A stretch of 63,707 nucleotides of DNA, filler included, from Reclinomonas americana ATCC 50394 (taxonomy: Eukaryota), in the NCBI GenBank assembly GCA_048213135.1. It is 7 parts of 6 records of this genome, joined end to end, with 100 filler letters (N's around TTAATTAATTAA, not from the genome) between each part and the next. Parts side by side here need not be neighbours in the genome. Positions count along the whole stretch, not along the records: positions 1 to 30,951 come from PS015648.1; positions 31,052 to 47,524 come from PS015649.1; 5 more parts are not named here. One strand, given 5' to 3'. The number at the start of each line of letters is the position of its first letter. Position 1 is the first letter of the stretch. This document shows, one piece after another, positions 24,707 to 37,181 of this stretch. The position numbers and the translations under genes are program-made. A model generated the notes under the pieces. That model was not told the DNA's origin and searched no databases. It was given only the letters and a program-made list of their open reading frames with translations.

Positions 24707-27700
24707 TTGTTGGAACGCTTCTTTACTGTCACCAACTACAACGCAAAGGCAGTACGCAAGGTGGCCAGTTGCTCGCGGCCAAGGCGGTGTTTTCTCAACT
24801 CAGAAGTGAAGAGAAACGTACGCGTGTGACGTCGTGTTCTTTTTTGTTTGCCGTGTACGTGTTCTTTCCTCGTTTGTTCTCACTCCACCGTCGACTCTTG
24901 TGTTGTCTCCAGCAATCTGGAAGCCTGCCACTGCCGCGGTCGACAATCTTGTTCGTTTGCTGGGCCAGTTGATCAACGACGGAGTCGAGGGCATCGATGA
25001 GCAGGCTGCTCGAGAGCCGCACTGCGCACCACACATCGTTGACGATGCACTGGCTCAGTTTCGCACGGAGTTGGTTAAACTCGGTGAGAGGGAAGAGTCG
25101 ATGGCCGATCTGCTGCAGTAGAATTCTCACTCTCCAGTACGCGCCATTTCGTACGTACAGGTTCTGGCCCACGGGGAGTATTTGGCGTGCTCAGTGGCAA
25201 CCGCGCTGCCTCGTCCTCAGCGATCGCGAGTGACAAAGAGCAGCAGCAAGGTGTGTGGCCATGGGGTTTTCGCAGCGCGCGCGCTGGTTTAAATTTGCCT
25301 TGATCTGATCAATCTGCATGCAGACACACTTCGCCATGCGCAGCGAAACTCGCTGTTCTTGGCCGCTGCTGTCGGGTATACTGGGCCCGCTGGCGCCAGT
25401 GGCGTCGGCGTCGACGACGGCCTGGCTGCTCATGCGACCAGTTTCCTGCGTGGCATACCGGGCCTCGCGGAACACGCAAGATTGCACAAGGCAGGCGCCG
25501 CGTTCACACGTGCTCACGAGTCGTTTCGTCGCCTATTGGACGTGATTTGTGATGCACTGCTGGTGCAGAAGGGTGCGCCTTGTGTGTGCTGTTGATTTTC
25601 TGCTCTTCCTCTGAATTCGAACTCACACGCCCGCACACTGCAGAGTTTGCACGACCTCGCATTCAACACCTCTCCGCCGCCGCCTTCGCCTCCGAGACCA
25701 TTCGCATCCAAACTGCGTTAGTGACCATCACGGGCCACCTTTATCCCGCTCTGGAGCGTGTCAGTGCGTCAGCGTGTCGTTTCTATATATGTCACCCTGA
25801 AGCTTCACTTGCAAGGCCATGGCTCATTTTGCCGCGCGCTCACTCTTGCAGAGAATGAGGATCGCACACTCTCTGGTGCAATGTTCCCAAAGCAGAAGAA
25901 TGAGACGCCTGCAGCTGCCCCTGCGCATGCCCCAAGTGCAACCAAGAACAAGAGCAGGAGCAAGAGCAAGGCACGACCGGTCGCCAGTGGTGCTGCAGCT
26001 GCAGGTTTGTGCTTTTGTGTGCCTTAATTATAAGCTTGTGTGTGTGTGACTGTGAGTACATGTACTGACTCGCGAGGTGACCAGCACCTGCTGCACCGCA
26101 CTGCACAGTGTCCATCTCCGATCCACGCTTGCATGAGTGCAAACAGCAGCTCGGAGAGAGTGTGCACCACTATGCATCGTGCATCGCCAGCGTCGTTGAC
26201 AATCGTCGCGGGTGGCGGCCACTTGCGCGGATTTGCGCGGGAGAGGCCATTGACGCCACACTTCTTGCTGTGCAAGCTCGTCTCGAGACGGCCAGTGCCG
26301 ACTCACTGAGCCTGCGCGATTGCGTCGACGTGGTTTGCGCCGTGTTGAAAGAGGCCAGTGCGGATGTTCGTTGTGCGTGGGAGCGCGCACTTGCGGAAGC
26401 GAAGAGGCGTCGACAGGAGAAGAAAAAGGCTCGGGAGGCGAAGGAGAAGGAGAAGAAGCAAGAGACGGCCGCAGCGGACGGCGACGACGACGACGAGGAG
26501 GAGGAGGAGAAGGAGGATGAAGAAGAAGAGGAGGAGGACGAGGAGGAGGAGGAGAATGATGTGAGCCCAGCACGGAAGCGAGGTGCGAACCCAACACACA
26601 CACACACACGTGCACACACACACAAATGTCTCTCTTCTCACTCGATGGTGTCACTACAGTCGAGAGGATTATCGGCGAATGCGTGCAACTTTGCCTTGGC
26701 ATCAGCCGCACAGCGCGCTCCGCTGTCCTCCACAACATGGCCAGTGGATTTGCTCAGTCCGCTCTGCCGACCTGCGAGACTTTGTTCGAGTCGACACTAT
26801 CAGGCGCATGCGCACCATCTTCGGCACCACAGGACGACGATCGGTTTGTGCATTGTGTGTGTGTGCGATTTCGCACTCGGCCGGCCGGCAGTTGCTGATT
26901 GCAATTGTCCGTCACGTACAGCACACGCACGCTGAAGCTCGCAAACGAGCGCATTCTTCGTGATCTTCTTCGTGGTGGTGCGCACAACTGCGTGTCTGAT
27001 GTGCGCCACTCGGCTGGCGACGATGCAGCGTCGCTCGAGAGCACTCGTATCTTGCTCTCGTCAAGACTGTTCTCGGCTGTCCGCCAGCTGCTCTGCTTGG
27101 TCAAACTGTCATGCGTACGAACACGCAACGGTGTCCCGTCGCGGCGACGTCGCGTGGGCCCAACACACGCGGACGATGTCGAGCTGGTAGAGATTTCCTT
27201 CGCTGCTCGGCCCCCTGCGTCGCTGTTTGCGCGGCAGATGACACACCAGCTCGCGATCGGCCACGACGCGGAAGCTGGCGCCTCTCAATCTGCCGTGCCG
27301 GCAGTCGCTCTGTCACTCGCTGAGAGATATTTCTCCGCGGGCACCGGTTCGTAAGATCTGGCTTGGACGTTGGTGATATCGATTGTCGTTGAGCTCATGC
27401 ATGTATTGCTTGCAATTGCAGGTGTGGTTGTTCTCCCAACTGCTTTTGGTCAACCAACAGTGGAATCACTGCCGACGGTGCAAGCACGGACAGCACTGGA
27501 AATTGTGAGAGTGGCGACGACGCCGCAACTCACTGCAGTGACGGACGCTGTCATGTCGCCTCCACCACCACCTCCTGCAGCAGCAGGTGCCGTCTCCGGC
27601 AGTGAGCACGGTGCGAAGCAGCTGAGTTCGCTGAGCGAGTTGCTTGGCACGCTTTCGGAAGCAGCAGTGCACCGAGGCGGAGTTGTCGCAGCTTCAGCGC

Positions 27701-30700
27701 TGGCTGCCGCCGGTGGACACGGGGAACGACTCCGCACTGCGACAGCCGCGGGCGTCATCGCCTACTGCGAGTCCACTGGGGCACTGGAACAGTGCATCGG
27801 CAGTGCCGCAGAGTTGCGCGTGGCGAAGGCGAGGCTGGAGAGTCTGCTGCAGCTGTCGACGCCCTCGCCAAGTCAGCGACTCGCCGGCTCCACCAGCCAA
27901 TTGCTCGACAAGTACACGTCAACGCTCGTCAACTTCCTCGCTCTGGTGGAGGGGACCGGCGATGCCAGCGCCTCGGCCGGCGCCTCGGCATCGCTCTTGT
28001 CGCAGTCTGGTGTGTACGGACTTGTCGCCTGCATCCGATTGATCGCATTCTCCGTCGCGCACCACATCGGGAACGCCGGCGTCGATGACGCCTCACGCCA
28101 GCTTGTTTCCGTGAGCGACGAGATTGTTCAGAGTGCCATTGCTTCGGTGTCCTTGTTGGTCTCGTCGCTGTTCGACGCGTACGAGGACTCTGTCAACCGC
28201 GGCACTTTGCGCGTCGAGAAACTCGGTACGCACGCATGTGATAATTGCCCTCGCACATGCAGTTTATTTTCTCATTGTTCCATCTTACCAGCGACAACTT
28301 GGAGCAGTCTCAAGACTCTCTGTGCAAAGACCGCGGCCGGCGTTGAGAGCCGTGGCCGGCGCCGCCAGCGCGATCAATTGCAAGCCCTCAAGGCCGCAGC
28401 TGCGTTTGACGACGCAGTCGAGAGTGCTGTCGAGTTCTGGTTCGGCCACCTAGGCAGTGCCTACGAGCGTGCCACTTTACCACGTGCGCGTTCGACCGCT
28501 CGAGCCCACAGTGCACTACCAGGTGCGGCTCTCTCTCTCTCCTCCCCCCCTCCCTCTCTCTCTCACACACACACACACACTCACTCACTCACTCTCATTC
28601 GCTTCACTTTTTCTTACTTGTCTGTCTGTCTGTGTCTCTCTCTCGCACACTCACTCACTCACTCCTTTCCACACTTCTTCCGGCCCTCGTTATTCATCAC
28701 TCTCTCTCACACACCATCTCACTCTCTTTCTCTGTTCCTCTCACTTTCTTTCTTTCTTTCTTGTGTGTCTGTCTGTGTCTTTCACTCACTCTCTTTTTCT
28801 CTCTCATTTTCCTTTCTTTCTCCGTCTGCTGTGTCTGTCTGTGTCTTTCACTCTTACTCACTCATGATCACTCGCTCCTTTTCGCACTTCTTCCGGCCCT
28901 CGTTATTCACTCTCTCTCACACACCATCTCACTCTCTTTCTCTGTTCCTCTCACTTTCTTTCTTTCTTTCTTGTGTGTCTGTGTCTCACTCTTTTTCTCT
29001 CTCATTTTCCTTTCTTTCTCCGTCTGTCTGTGTTTGTCTGTGTCTTTCACTCTCACTCACTCACTCACTCCTTTTCACACTTCTTCCGGCCCTCGTTATT
29101 CATCTCTCTCACACACACTCACTCTCTTTCTCTGTTCCTCTCACTTTCTTTCTATCTTGTGTGTCTGTCTGTGTCTCTCTCTCGCACACTCGTGATCACT
29201 CATTTTCCATCTTTCTTTCTTTCTTTCTCCGTCTGTCTGTGTTTGTCTGTGTCTCTCTCTCGCACACTCACTCACTCTCATTCACTCTCACTCACTCACT
29301 CATTCCACACTTCTTCAGGCCCTCGGTATTCATCACTCTCTCTCACACACTCACTCACTTACTTCTCTCTCTCCCTCTCTCTCTCTTCTCTGTGTGTTTC
29401 TCTCTGTATCTCTCTCACTCACTTTCCCTGTTGCCAGTCAATGGTGCCGCCCTCGCCACTACGACCGACCGCGCCACGGAGACGGTGAACAGTGCGCTGC
29501 GGAGACATCTGGACTACATTAAGCGCCAGCTGGACGTCATGGACGGTCCCTCTGCGCGCGCGCGAACGGCGAATGTCCTCCCGACGTCGTTTCTCACGGC
29601 AGCACTGCACGATCTGCAAGAATTGTGGACGTCGGGCGTCGGTGCAGGAGACGACGACGTGTCGGTGTGCACTCGACTGCTGTCTGTTGAGACTTCCTTG
29701 GGCTGCGTCTCCGATGAATTCCTCTGCGCGACCAAGAGCCATCTGTGCGGCCTGCTCTCCGTTGCCGCTCAGGTGGGTGACGTGCTTCGCAATCACCTGG
29801 AGAATCCCGAGGAGTGTGGCGCCGACCGTGGTGCAGCGACGTCTGCGATTATCGACTCCATTCTGGAAAACAAGTTCGCGACGCGTGTAATTAACGCACT
29901 GCATCGCCGGCCACAGCGCGGTCAACACGGGCGGCGGTCACGCGTTCCATCATCGGTTGCCACGAGTGCCGCCGATGCATTCTTTGCACAACGATCGGCT
30001 GCGTCTGTCCAAGACAGGAACCGCGCACGTTTCAGCCACGAGGCGGTTGAGCTCGTCAAGCTTGCCCTCGCCGCGGTGGCCAGCACAGCGTCGCTCAGCG
30101 ACGTGTGGCGCGTGCTTGGAGGTGCATACTGTCTCTTCTCTTGCTCTCCGTTGTCGCGACCACTCACTCACGTGCTGTCATTGTCAGCTGAGATGAGGAT
30201 CCCTCGGAACCAGTCAATTCTCCTGTGTGGGTGGGCACCCGCAAAGCCGGGACGCCGACCAAACGCTGCCGTCGACTTAGCCACGCAAAAAGCTGGTAAG
30301 TTCTCTCTTGATCAATGACTCTCGCTGTCACTCTCTCACTCTCCCTCCCTCCCTCCTCTCTCTCATCTCTCTCTCTCTCTCTCTCCCTCTCTCTCTCTCT
30401 CCAGATGTCAACACGCTTGGCCGTGACATCCTGCACCTGCGGCAACGCATCCGTGACTCAGTGGTGTCGTACGTCATTGAGGGCCGCAATCACGCACAGT
30501 GGCGAAGGAGACGGGAGGCGAAGCTGGCTATGCTGGCTGAGCTTGCCGTGGAGCGTGCGAGTGATCGTGACGGTACTGGCCCAGAACCGGGCACCGTCGA
30601 GTCGTCGGTGGCGATGCGCTTGGCGCATCACCACGATGGCTATCTGCAGGTGTGTGGTGCACGAAGGCGGGCTGTGGTGCAGGGCGCTGCGATGCTCCCG

Positions 30701-32153
30701 GAGTGTCTGCGTGAAGCGAGGGAGGCATCTATTTGCCTCGACACACACAATGCCAGTGTCAAGGCGGAGGGGAGACAGCGGCGCCTGGTCAAGGATCCTG
30801 GGAACCCGTCGTCTTATGTTCAGCAGAACAGAACAAGTTACAGTACGCTCACCACGCACGCACGCACGCAGTCTGTGATGTAACTTTCCTCACTCTCTCT
30901 CCCTTCCCCTCTTCTCTCTCTCTCTCTTTCTCTCATTCCCTCTCTCTCTCCNNNNNNNNNNNNNNNNNNNNNNNNNNNNNNNNNNNNNNNNNNNNTTAAT
31001 TAATTAANNNNNNNNNNNNNNNNNNNNNNNNNNNNNNNNNNNNNNNNNNNNTGACCCATTTCACATGCATCGTGTTGCCACCATTCTCGGACTCGATGCA
31101 GTCGATGGCGGCTCGTCACACATTGCGAGTGTTCGACGATGGCTCCTGCGAGGAGAGGACTCGCGTTCTCACCTCTGGTACGACCAACTCTTTGCTTCTC
31201 GGCGCGTTTGGTCGATTCGCAAATCGTCTGCGACAAGCGGTACGTTTTGTGCGTGCGTGTGTGTGTGTGTGTGTGTGTGTGAGGAAGAGAGAGAGGGAGA
31301 GAGAGAGAGAGAACTTGTTTGTGTTTGTGTTTGTGATTGTGTTTGTATGATCACTCATTCTCTGCCACACTCTCGCACCTAAGCAGATTGACAAGATCAA
31401 CGCGAAGCGCGCCCTGTTGGGCATCGCCCCCATCGTCATTGTGGAGTGCTCTGAGGCGCACACAACTCGCCTGTGCAGCTGTGGCGAGCCATTTTTCCCG
31501 GCTCCTGGCGGTGCGACCAAGATGACATGCAAGAACAAGGCCTGCCCGCTCGAGGGGGTGGAAGTGGCCCGCGATGACTCCTCCACGAAGAACATCGCTT
31601 GTGTCGCCATTGAGCGTACATCGGAATCATCACCGCCGGCGCCCGCAGCAGCTGGGAGCGCCGCCATGGAGATCGATTCCTCGCCCCCTCTTCGTCCACT
31701 CCCCGTCTCCTTGCCTCTGCCGAGCGACGCCGATCGACCATTCCCCGACTTTGATTTCTTCTCGCCTCTGGCCATGGATCTGGAGCTGTCTCTGCTGGCC
31801 ATGGGCGACGCCGATCGACAACTGTCACCTGGGTGAGTTATTATCTGTCGAGCGATCTTGCGATGCTGAATAATTCGTTGCGTCTCACTCTTCGTGTGCG
31901 CAGTCGGCGGGATGATGCAGCAGCGAATCAGATGCTGGACGGCTCCATGAGTCCTCCCCCTCCACCGCCACCGGTAGCACCAGCTGCAGCATCGGCACGT
32001 GCTCCGCCCCGAAATCGTCGCCAGGGTGGAACTATAGCTAGCGCCGCAGCGTTGGCACGTGCTAGCACTCCGCCCCGACAGGGTGGAAAGCACCCCCGAT
32101 CTGCTCCGGTCGAAGGAGCACCGCCGCAAAAGCGGCCGCGGAAGAACAAGTGA
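24707..32153 (+). CDS. Giant intron-rich Fanzor/TnpB-like RuvC nuclease with a long N-terminal extension (5' end uncertain; interrupted by the assembly spacer at 30952-31051)
   Basis: Fourteen exons from 24707 to about 30842 splice in frame and end in LVKDPGNP (D at 30794). After the spacer: THFTCIVLPPFSDSM..RVLTSGTTNSLLLGAFGRFANRLRQA|IDKINAKRALLGIAPIVIVECSEAHTTRLCSCGE..TCKNKAC..VARDDSSTKNI. C-terminus PPQKRPRKNK*. Confidence 0.75.
28523..29437. repeat. CT-rich intron containing about four tandem units of roughly 200-230 bp
   Basis: cacttcttc(c/a)ggccctcg(t/g)tattca recurs at about 28672, 28885, 29078 and 29308 within (CT)n/(CTCA)n sequence. Confidence 0.85.
30952..31051. other. Artificial 100-nt contig-joining spacer (N44-TTAATTAATTAA-N44); also at 47525, 49817, 50979, 56367 and 62038
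   Basis: Identical all-frame stop linker flanked by Ns, seen six times. Confidence 0.95.
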
Positions 32154-32529
32154 CACACGAGGTAGATGTTGTTGCGGATGGGATGGATGGCGACGTGATG
32201 CAGGCCTGCTGCTTTGCCAATGTCGTGCCGCAACGCGCGAGCGCCGCCGCCGCCGCCGCCGCCGCCGCTTGGTGTGCTGCAGGTACGACTCGTGTTGACC
32301 GTGTGGTGGCACCCTGTCATTTGTACCAAGTCCCTTTTGTTGCGTGTTTTCCACAGGCTCATGTATTGTGCCCTGCGCGCGTGGCTCCCTCGCTGCGCGC
32401 GAATGTGGTGTAGTAGGTCACCAGCTGTGTTCGCGCGGCCCGCGGCCACTCGCGTCAATCGTCGTTGGACACATCAATGACACGCTCGAATGCAGTCCGT
32501 CCCGCGCGACTTGCTCGAGCACCATCACC

Positions 32530-33191
32530 ATGGCGACGCGCGACGACTGTGTGCTGAGGTGCGTGCGTGTGTGAGAAAGAGGGAGAGAGGGAGAGGGAAA
32601 GAGAGCTCNNNNNNNNNNNNNNNNNNNNNNNNNNNNNNNNNNNNNNNNNNNNNNNNNNNNNNNNNNNNNNNNNNNNNNNNNNNNNNNNCTATCGGTGGTG
32701 GAAGATGTGCTCACGTGCGCCGTGCTACAGTCGGCAGCCGTGTCGGTCGCCTCGTCAAGTGGAGGGTCGGCCGCTGGTCGGCCCTCGCAGCCATCGCAGT
32801 TGGACGCCATGCAGCGGGAGTTGGCACACGTACAACCAGGTGAGCGATGCGATTTTTTCCTCTTTTTGACGCTCTTTCTTGTCGGCTGACAATCGATGGC
32901 ACAGGACCGGAGCGGTGGAACATGTTGAGAGCCAAGTGGACAGGTGCAGGGTCTGTGGTCGCCGGTGAGTCGGGCGCCAGTGGCAGTGCCGGTGGCGAGT
33001 CGTCTTCTGCAGCAACGCCGGCTGCGACACGGGAGGCGCGGAAGCGGCAAGGGCGGTCACCGCCCTCGATTGACTCGATCTCCGAGTGCCTGGTGAACCC
33101 GGGAAGATCACGACTCGACGAACCAGTACCATTGCCGTACATGGTGGCTGTACTCACCGCCATGTGGGAGGAAGAGGGATTGCATGAATGA
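32530..33191 (+). CDS. Gag1-like clamp (DUF4050) domain protein
   Basis: G|PERWNMLRAKW ... RLDEPVPLPYMVAVLTAMWEEEG matches the W..R..W and P.PL..MV..L...W..EG pattern. An N gap lies in the first intron. Confidence 0.7.
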
Positions 33192-33652
33192 CCGCTTTTG
33201 CACGACGGGGCTATTGTAGTGTACGGCAGCATGTTTCGTTTCGTTTTTCTTCTTGTTCCTAGTTTCAAAATGTCATGGCGCGCATCGGGTCGAGCTTTGC
33301 CAATGGAGGAGTGGCAGCTTGAACGGGTTGTTGCACCAAAAAATTTCTCTGGCCCCCCTTCGGGAGATAATCCCACCGAGGAAGAAAACCCCCATCGAAG
33401 AGAAGCGTTAAGTTTCTGTAAGAGCTCCAAGCACACACTGCTGCGCTAGTGTACGCCGCGACATTGCCGTGCGTCTTGTGGGACATTGTTTTTTTGAACC
33501 GTGCATGAGATCGGAGAAAAAATGGTGGCAAGTGGCGTTGGACCGCCATCGGTAGTGCGTGTGTGCAGATGCACGTGGAGCGCATGTTGTTGTGTGATGG
33601 TGGGAGGTCGGCAGCGGCGCGACAGCAGCAGCAACACCAACGCGACAGAAGG

Positions 33653-36600
33653 ATGCGCATTGTTGTGGTGGTGCAGGCGAGCATGCTCGTGGCGATGACG
33701 GTGATGCTGGTGGTGACGGTGAGCAGCGTGGAGGGCGGGCTGCTGGCCTCGTCACAGGTCAGCAAGTGCGTGCGTGATGGGAGTGGGCGCGACACGGCCA
33801 GTGGCATCTCGTGCACGGAGAAGTTTGTGTTGACCATGTCGGTCGACATTGGGCAGGTGGGGTTGGCGCCGGAAGCTTCACTCGTGCTGTGCTTATCGTG
33901 ACGTGCACGTGTGCAGAACAACACCGAGGCACTGCTGGCCACGGTCGATCGTGTGGCGGATGAGACCGGCAAGACGCGCGTCTTGCAGAAACCGTGGGAG
34001 ATCTCGGTGAAGAAGACCAACGCGTACGTGCGTTATCCGGTCACGTATCGACAGGTTTGTACGTTGTTGTCTCTACGCGTAGGGGAGTTGTGGAAGTGGT
34101 GGTCGCTGAATGACGCTGTTGGGGCGTACAGACCTTCAACACCAAGCCCAAGGAGCGCATCGTGTTGCAGTCGCTGCTGCTGAGCCAGTGTGTGGCCGGC
34201 GACCACGACGACAATCCGTCGTGTGGCTGGTACACCGACGCCAACAACAACCGCGTGCAGTACTCGCAAGGCTTTTGCTGCTCGTGTTCCATTGGCGACG
34301 TGCTCGGCGGACTGGTGGGCTCTGGCAGTGGTCCAGCGCGTGGCAGTCTGAACTGCGGCCTCTTCTCCGACTCGGGTCAGAGTGCACACTGCATGCGCTT
34401 TCGCGATCTGTGGTACAATGGCTACGAGATCGGCGAGTGGGAGGTGTTCTTCATCATCACGGTGAGCATTGTGCGATACACCTCCGACAACGAGACCAGC
34501 ACGGAGCTGTTGCGAGTCAGTCCCACGCAGTTGGGATCGCTGTCGTCGGATGGAGCGTGAGTCGATCACACGCATACACATGGCACAGACTGGCCCTCCG
34601 CACGTGCTGATTGTGTGCATCGCAGTGTGCAAGTGCGACTGGTGGGCGACTTCTCACCATACACCTCGCCGCCGATACTCGCCAACAAGATCATGATGGT
34701 GCCTTGGATCCCGGTCGACGATCCCGTTGTGAAGCTGGTTTGCCTGGAGTGTTGCCGATCTGCAATCCAGTGTTTCACTCTTCCATGCATAAATCGCTGC
34801 GCACTAGGGACCTGCCGCGTGGATGCTGGTCGACCGTGAACTGATCACATTCGACGGTCGCGAGTGCGACAAGATCGGTGTCGGTTTTTACGTTGTGTTA
34901 GCTCGCTGTTTTATGCCAGCAATGGTGGTTCGCTCGTGATGCTCACCGCCATGCTCTCGCAGGCATTCAAGTACGATGCAAATGCGTGCGATAAACCAGC
35001 CGGCTCCTGCCTCAACAATCAGCTGCAGGACTTGTACCAGGTGCTGCTCCAAGTGTTGCTGGTGTTGCATGTCCACTATCTCAAGGAAATAACGAATGCG
35101 CGCAGTCAGATCTGCAGCGCGTCAGTCAGGGCCTAACGCCACGCTACCTGCTGGACGGCTTCGGCAACTTTGTGAGCCTACGCGAGAGCGGTCGCAACGA
35201 CACGTACCTGGCGTACCAGATTCGGAGCTTGCAGGCCAGTGTGATTACAATCACACTGAAGGCCGACAATGTGCAATATGTGGTGAACAGGTGCGGTCTC
35301 CACTATGGCGCACACGGGGCCGATGATGTCTGCGTTTACTGACGAGTGTGAGGTGCAGGAGTGGCGGTGTCATCAGAAGTGCCATGGTCGGCACGTTCGA
35401 GGGCAACTCCAACAACGGCAAGATGAAGGTCCTGGTGGCCAGCATCGGCAACGTGACTGCCGACTTTTACGTCACTGTGGCACAGTGTTCGAGTGATATC
35501 AAGGAGGTGCAGGCGCAGACGGCGTCGATCGCACCGGGTGATACGCACCTGTTTGTGTTTGACATTTTCGCCGAGACATCAGTGCAGGCGGATCACATTT
35601 GCTCAGGTGCCGTTGATGTGCTCAGCAATGGCTTCCATCTGTTGCTCATTACGTGGCGCACGTGCAGTGCTGCTGTACGACAGCGGGCAGTCACTCATCG
35701 ACACTGTGGTGGTCAGCTTCAACACCACCGCCATGATGATCAACCAGGGTATGCAGGGTGGGTCGGCACCCAGTGACTCGGGGACGCCTGCCATTCTCGG
35801 GTCCGGTGGTTCTGACAGCTGTTCATGTGGATTGTTGCGTGCGATTCGTTCTGCTGACCATCCACGTGTGCGGGTGTGCCTCACCCGAGTGTTGCGACTC
35901 CCGCAGCTTCAACATTACGTGCTCGTTGTTTAGCGGCTGCTGGGGCAAGTTGGCGGCCTCACTGGCCTTCTACCTGGGATTGCTCGCCCTTCTGTATCTT
36001 GGCTTGTTGCGTGCCCACATCAGTTGCATGTTGGTCTGCTGTGGAGTGCTGACACGCTGTATAGCAAGTTTGGCATCTTTCGGAAGCTGTTTTCCATGTG
36101 TTGCTGTCGCAAGAAGTCCACCAGCACCGACGGCGACGACGATGACGATAGCAGCAGCAGCAGTAGTGACAGCGACAAGAAGGATGACAAGCGTCGGAAT
36201 CGGGAGTCCAAGGCGGCAGCTGCGACGAGGTTTGTCGTCCACATGAACTGGGATCAGCCTCCCACAAGCCTCATTCCCTTTATTGCGTTTGCGGCAGTCG
36301 CGAGAAGAAGGCCGCGAAAGAGAAGCGTCAGCGAGAGCTGTTGCGCAAGCAGCGTCGGAAGCTGGTCGAGATTCGTCGCAAGGAGTTGGAAGAAGAGCGC
36401 CGGCGACAACGCGACCAGCAGGAGGCCACGGCGAACAGCGACGATGATGCGTCGAGCACCGACAGTGTCTTGGACGCGGACGCAGAGTACTTGCGCGATG
36501 TGGGCGACGTGCAGCTTGTCATCAACGACGACGAGGAGGTGGTGGCTTCGACGCATCACCGCCGTCGCCGTCCGCCTCCACAAGAAATGCACGTGCGCGT

Positions 36601-37166
36601 ACGTGAGGAGCCAGTCGCCAGTGTCGGTCTCGATATGGAAACGGCACTGCATGCCGCCGATCACCACCTCGACGTGTACCTGCATCTCCAGCAGCAGGAG
36701 TCGCGCTCATCGAGACAAGTGCATGATCTGGAGGTTTGGCGAGGCGATGGTAATTGTTCTTCTCTCCACCATTGCTGACTCCAGCGCGCGCAGCGTCCGG
36801 GGCATGCGTTCTCGGTGCACGGCATGCTTGTGCGCGAGTACTCGAATATCGACGGACCAGGTGCCTCTGTTGCCACACTCTGGTTCGTGCTGTCACCCGA
36901 CAGCCAGTGGCAGGTGCGCGGACACAGAAAACAATATCATCGCGTCTTTCCTCCCCCCCTTACACCATCACGATCAGACGGTGTATTATGACGCCGGACT
37001 CGGGATTCATGTTCCGCTGCCGCCCGACGAGGTCATTCCGCTCGACCCGCAGCAGTTTGCCGCCCCGCTGAGTGCGCGGCAAATACGCACGCGGTTAGCC
37101 CTGCGACCCTTCATGCCATGCATCAATCCGCCCACGGACAGTCGCCACCGGGATCGCCGCACGTGA
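33653..37166 (+). CDS. HAP2: HAP2/GCS1 gamete fusogen (class II fusion protein), multi-exon
   Basis: Signal peptide; SKCVRDG..ISCTEKFVLTMSV; YPVTYRQTFNTKPKE; PSCGW...SQGFCCSC; RGSLNC..SAHCMRF..LWYNGYEIG; ECDKIGVGF; CLNNQLQDLY; Cys-rich stem, TM helix and Cys/basic cytoplasmic tail. Confidence 0.95.
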
Positions 37167-37181
37167 GAAATAGAGTCGCCC

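Noticed and set aside
27370..30318. 982-aa single ORF with an S/L/H/F-rich middle
   Set aside because: The middle (28523-29437) is a CT-microsatellite intron that happens to lack stops. The real product is part of the spliced giant gene.
30996..31007. Palindromic TTAATTAATTAA as a transposon target site or element end
   Set aside because: It is always centred in 100-nt N blocks and gives stops in all frames, so it is an assembly linker.
20454..32165. Possible terminal inverted repeat (tacctctttgtgtc versus gacacacgaggtag) around the Fanzor-like gene
   Set aside because: The match is short and imperfect, overlaps the stop codon region and has no target-site duplication, so it is likely chance.
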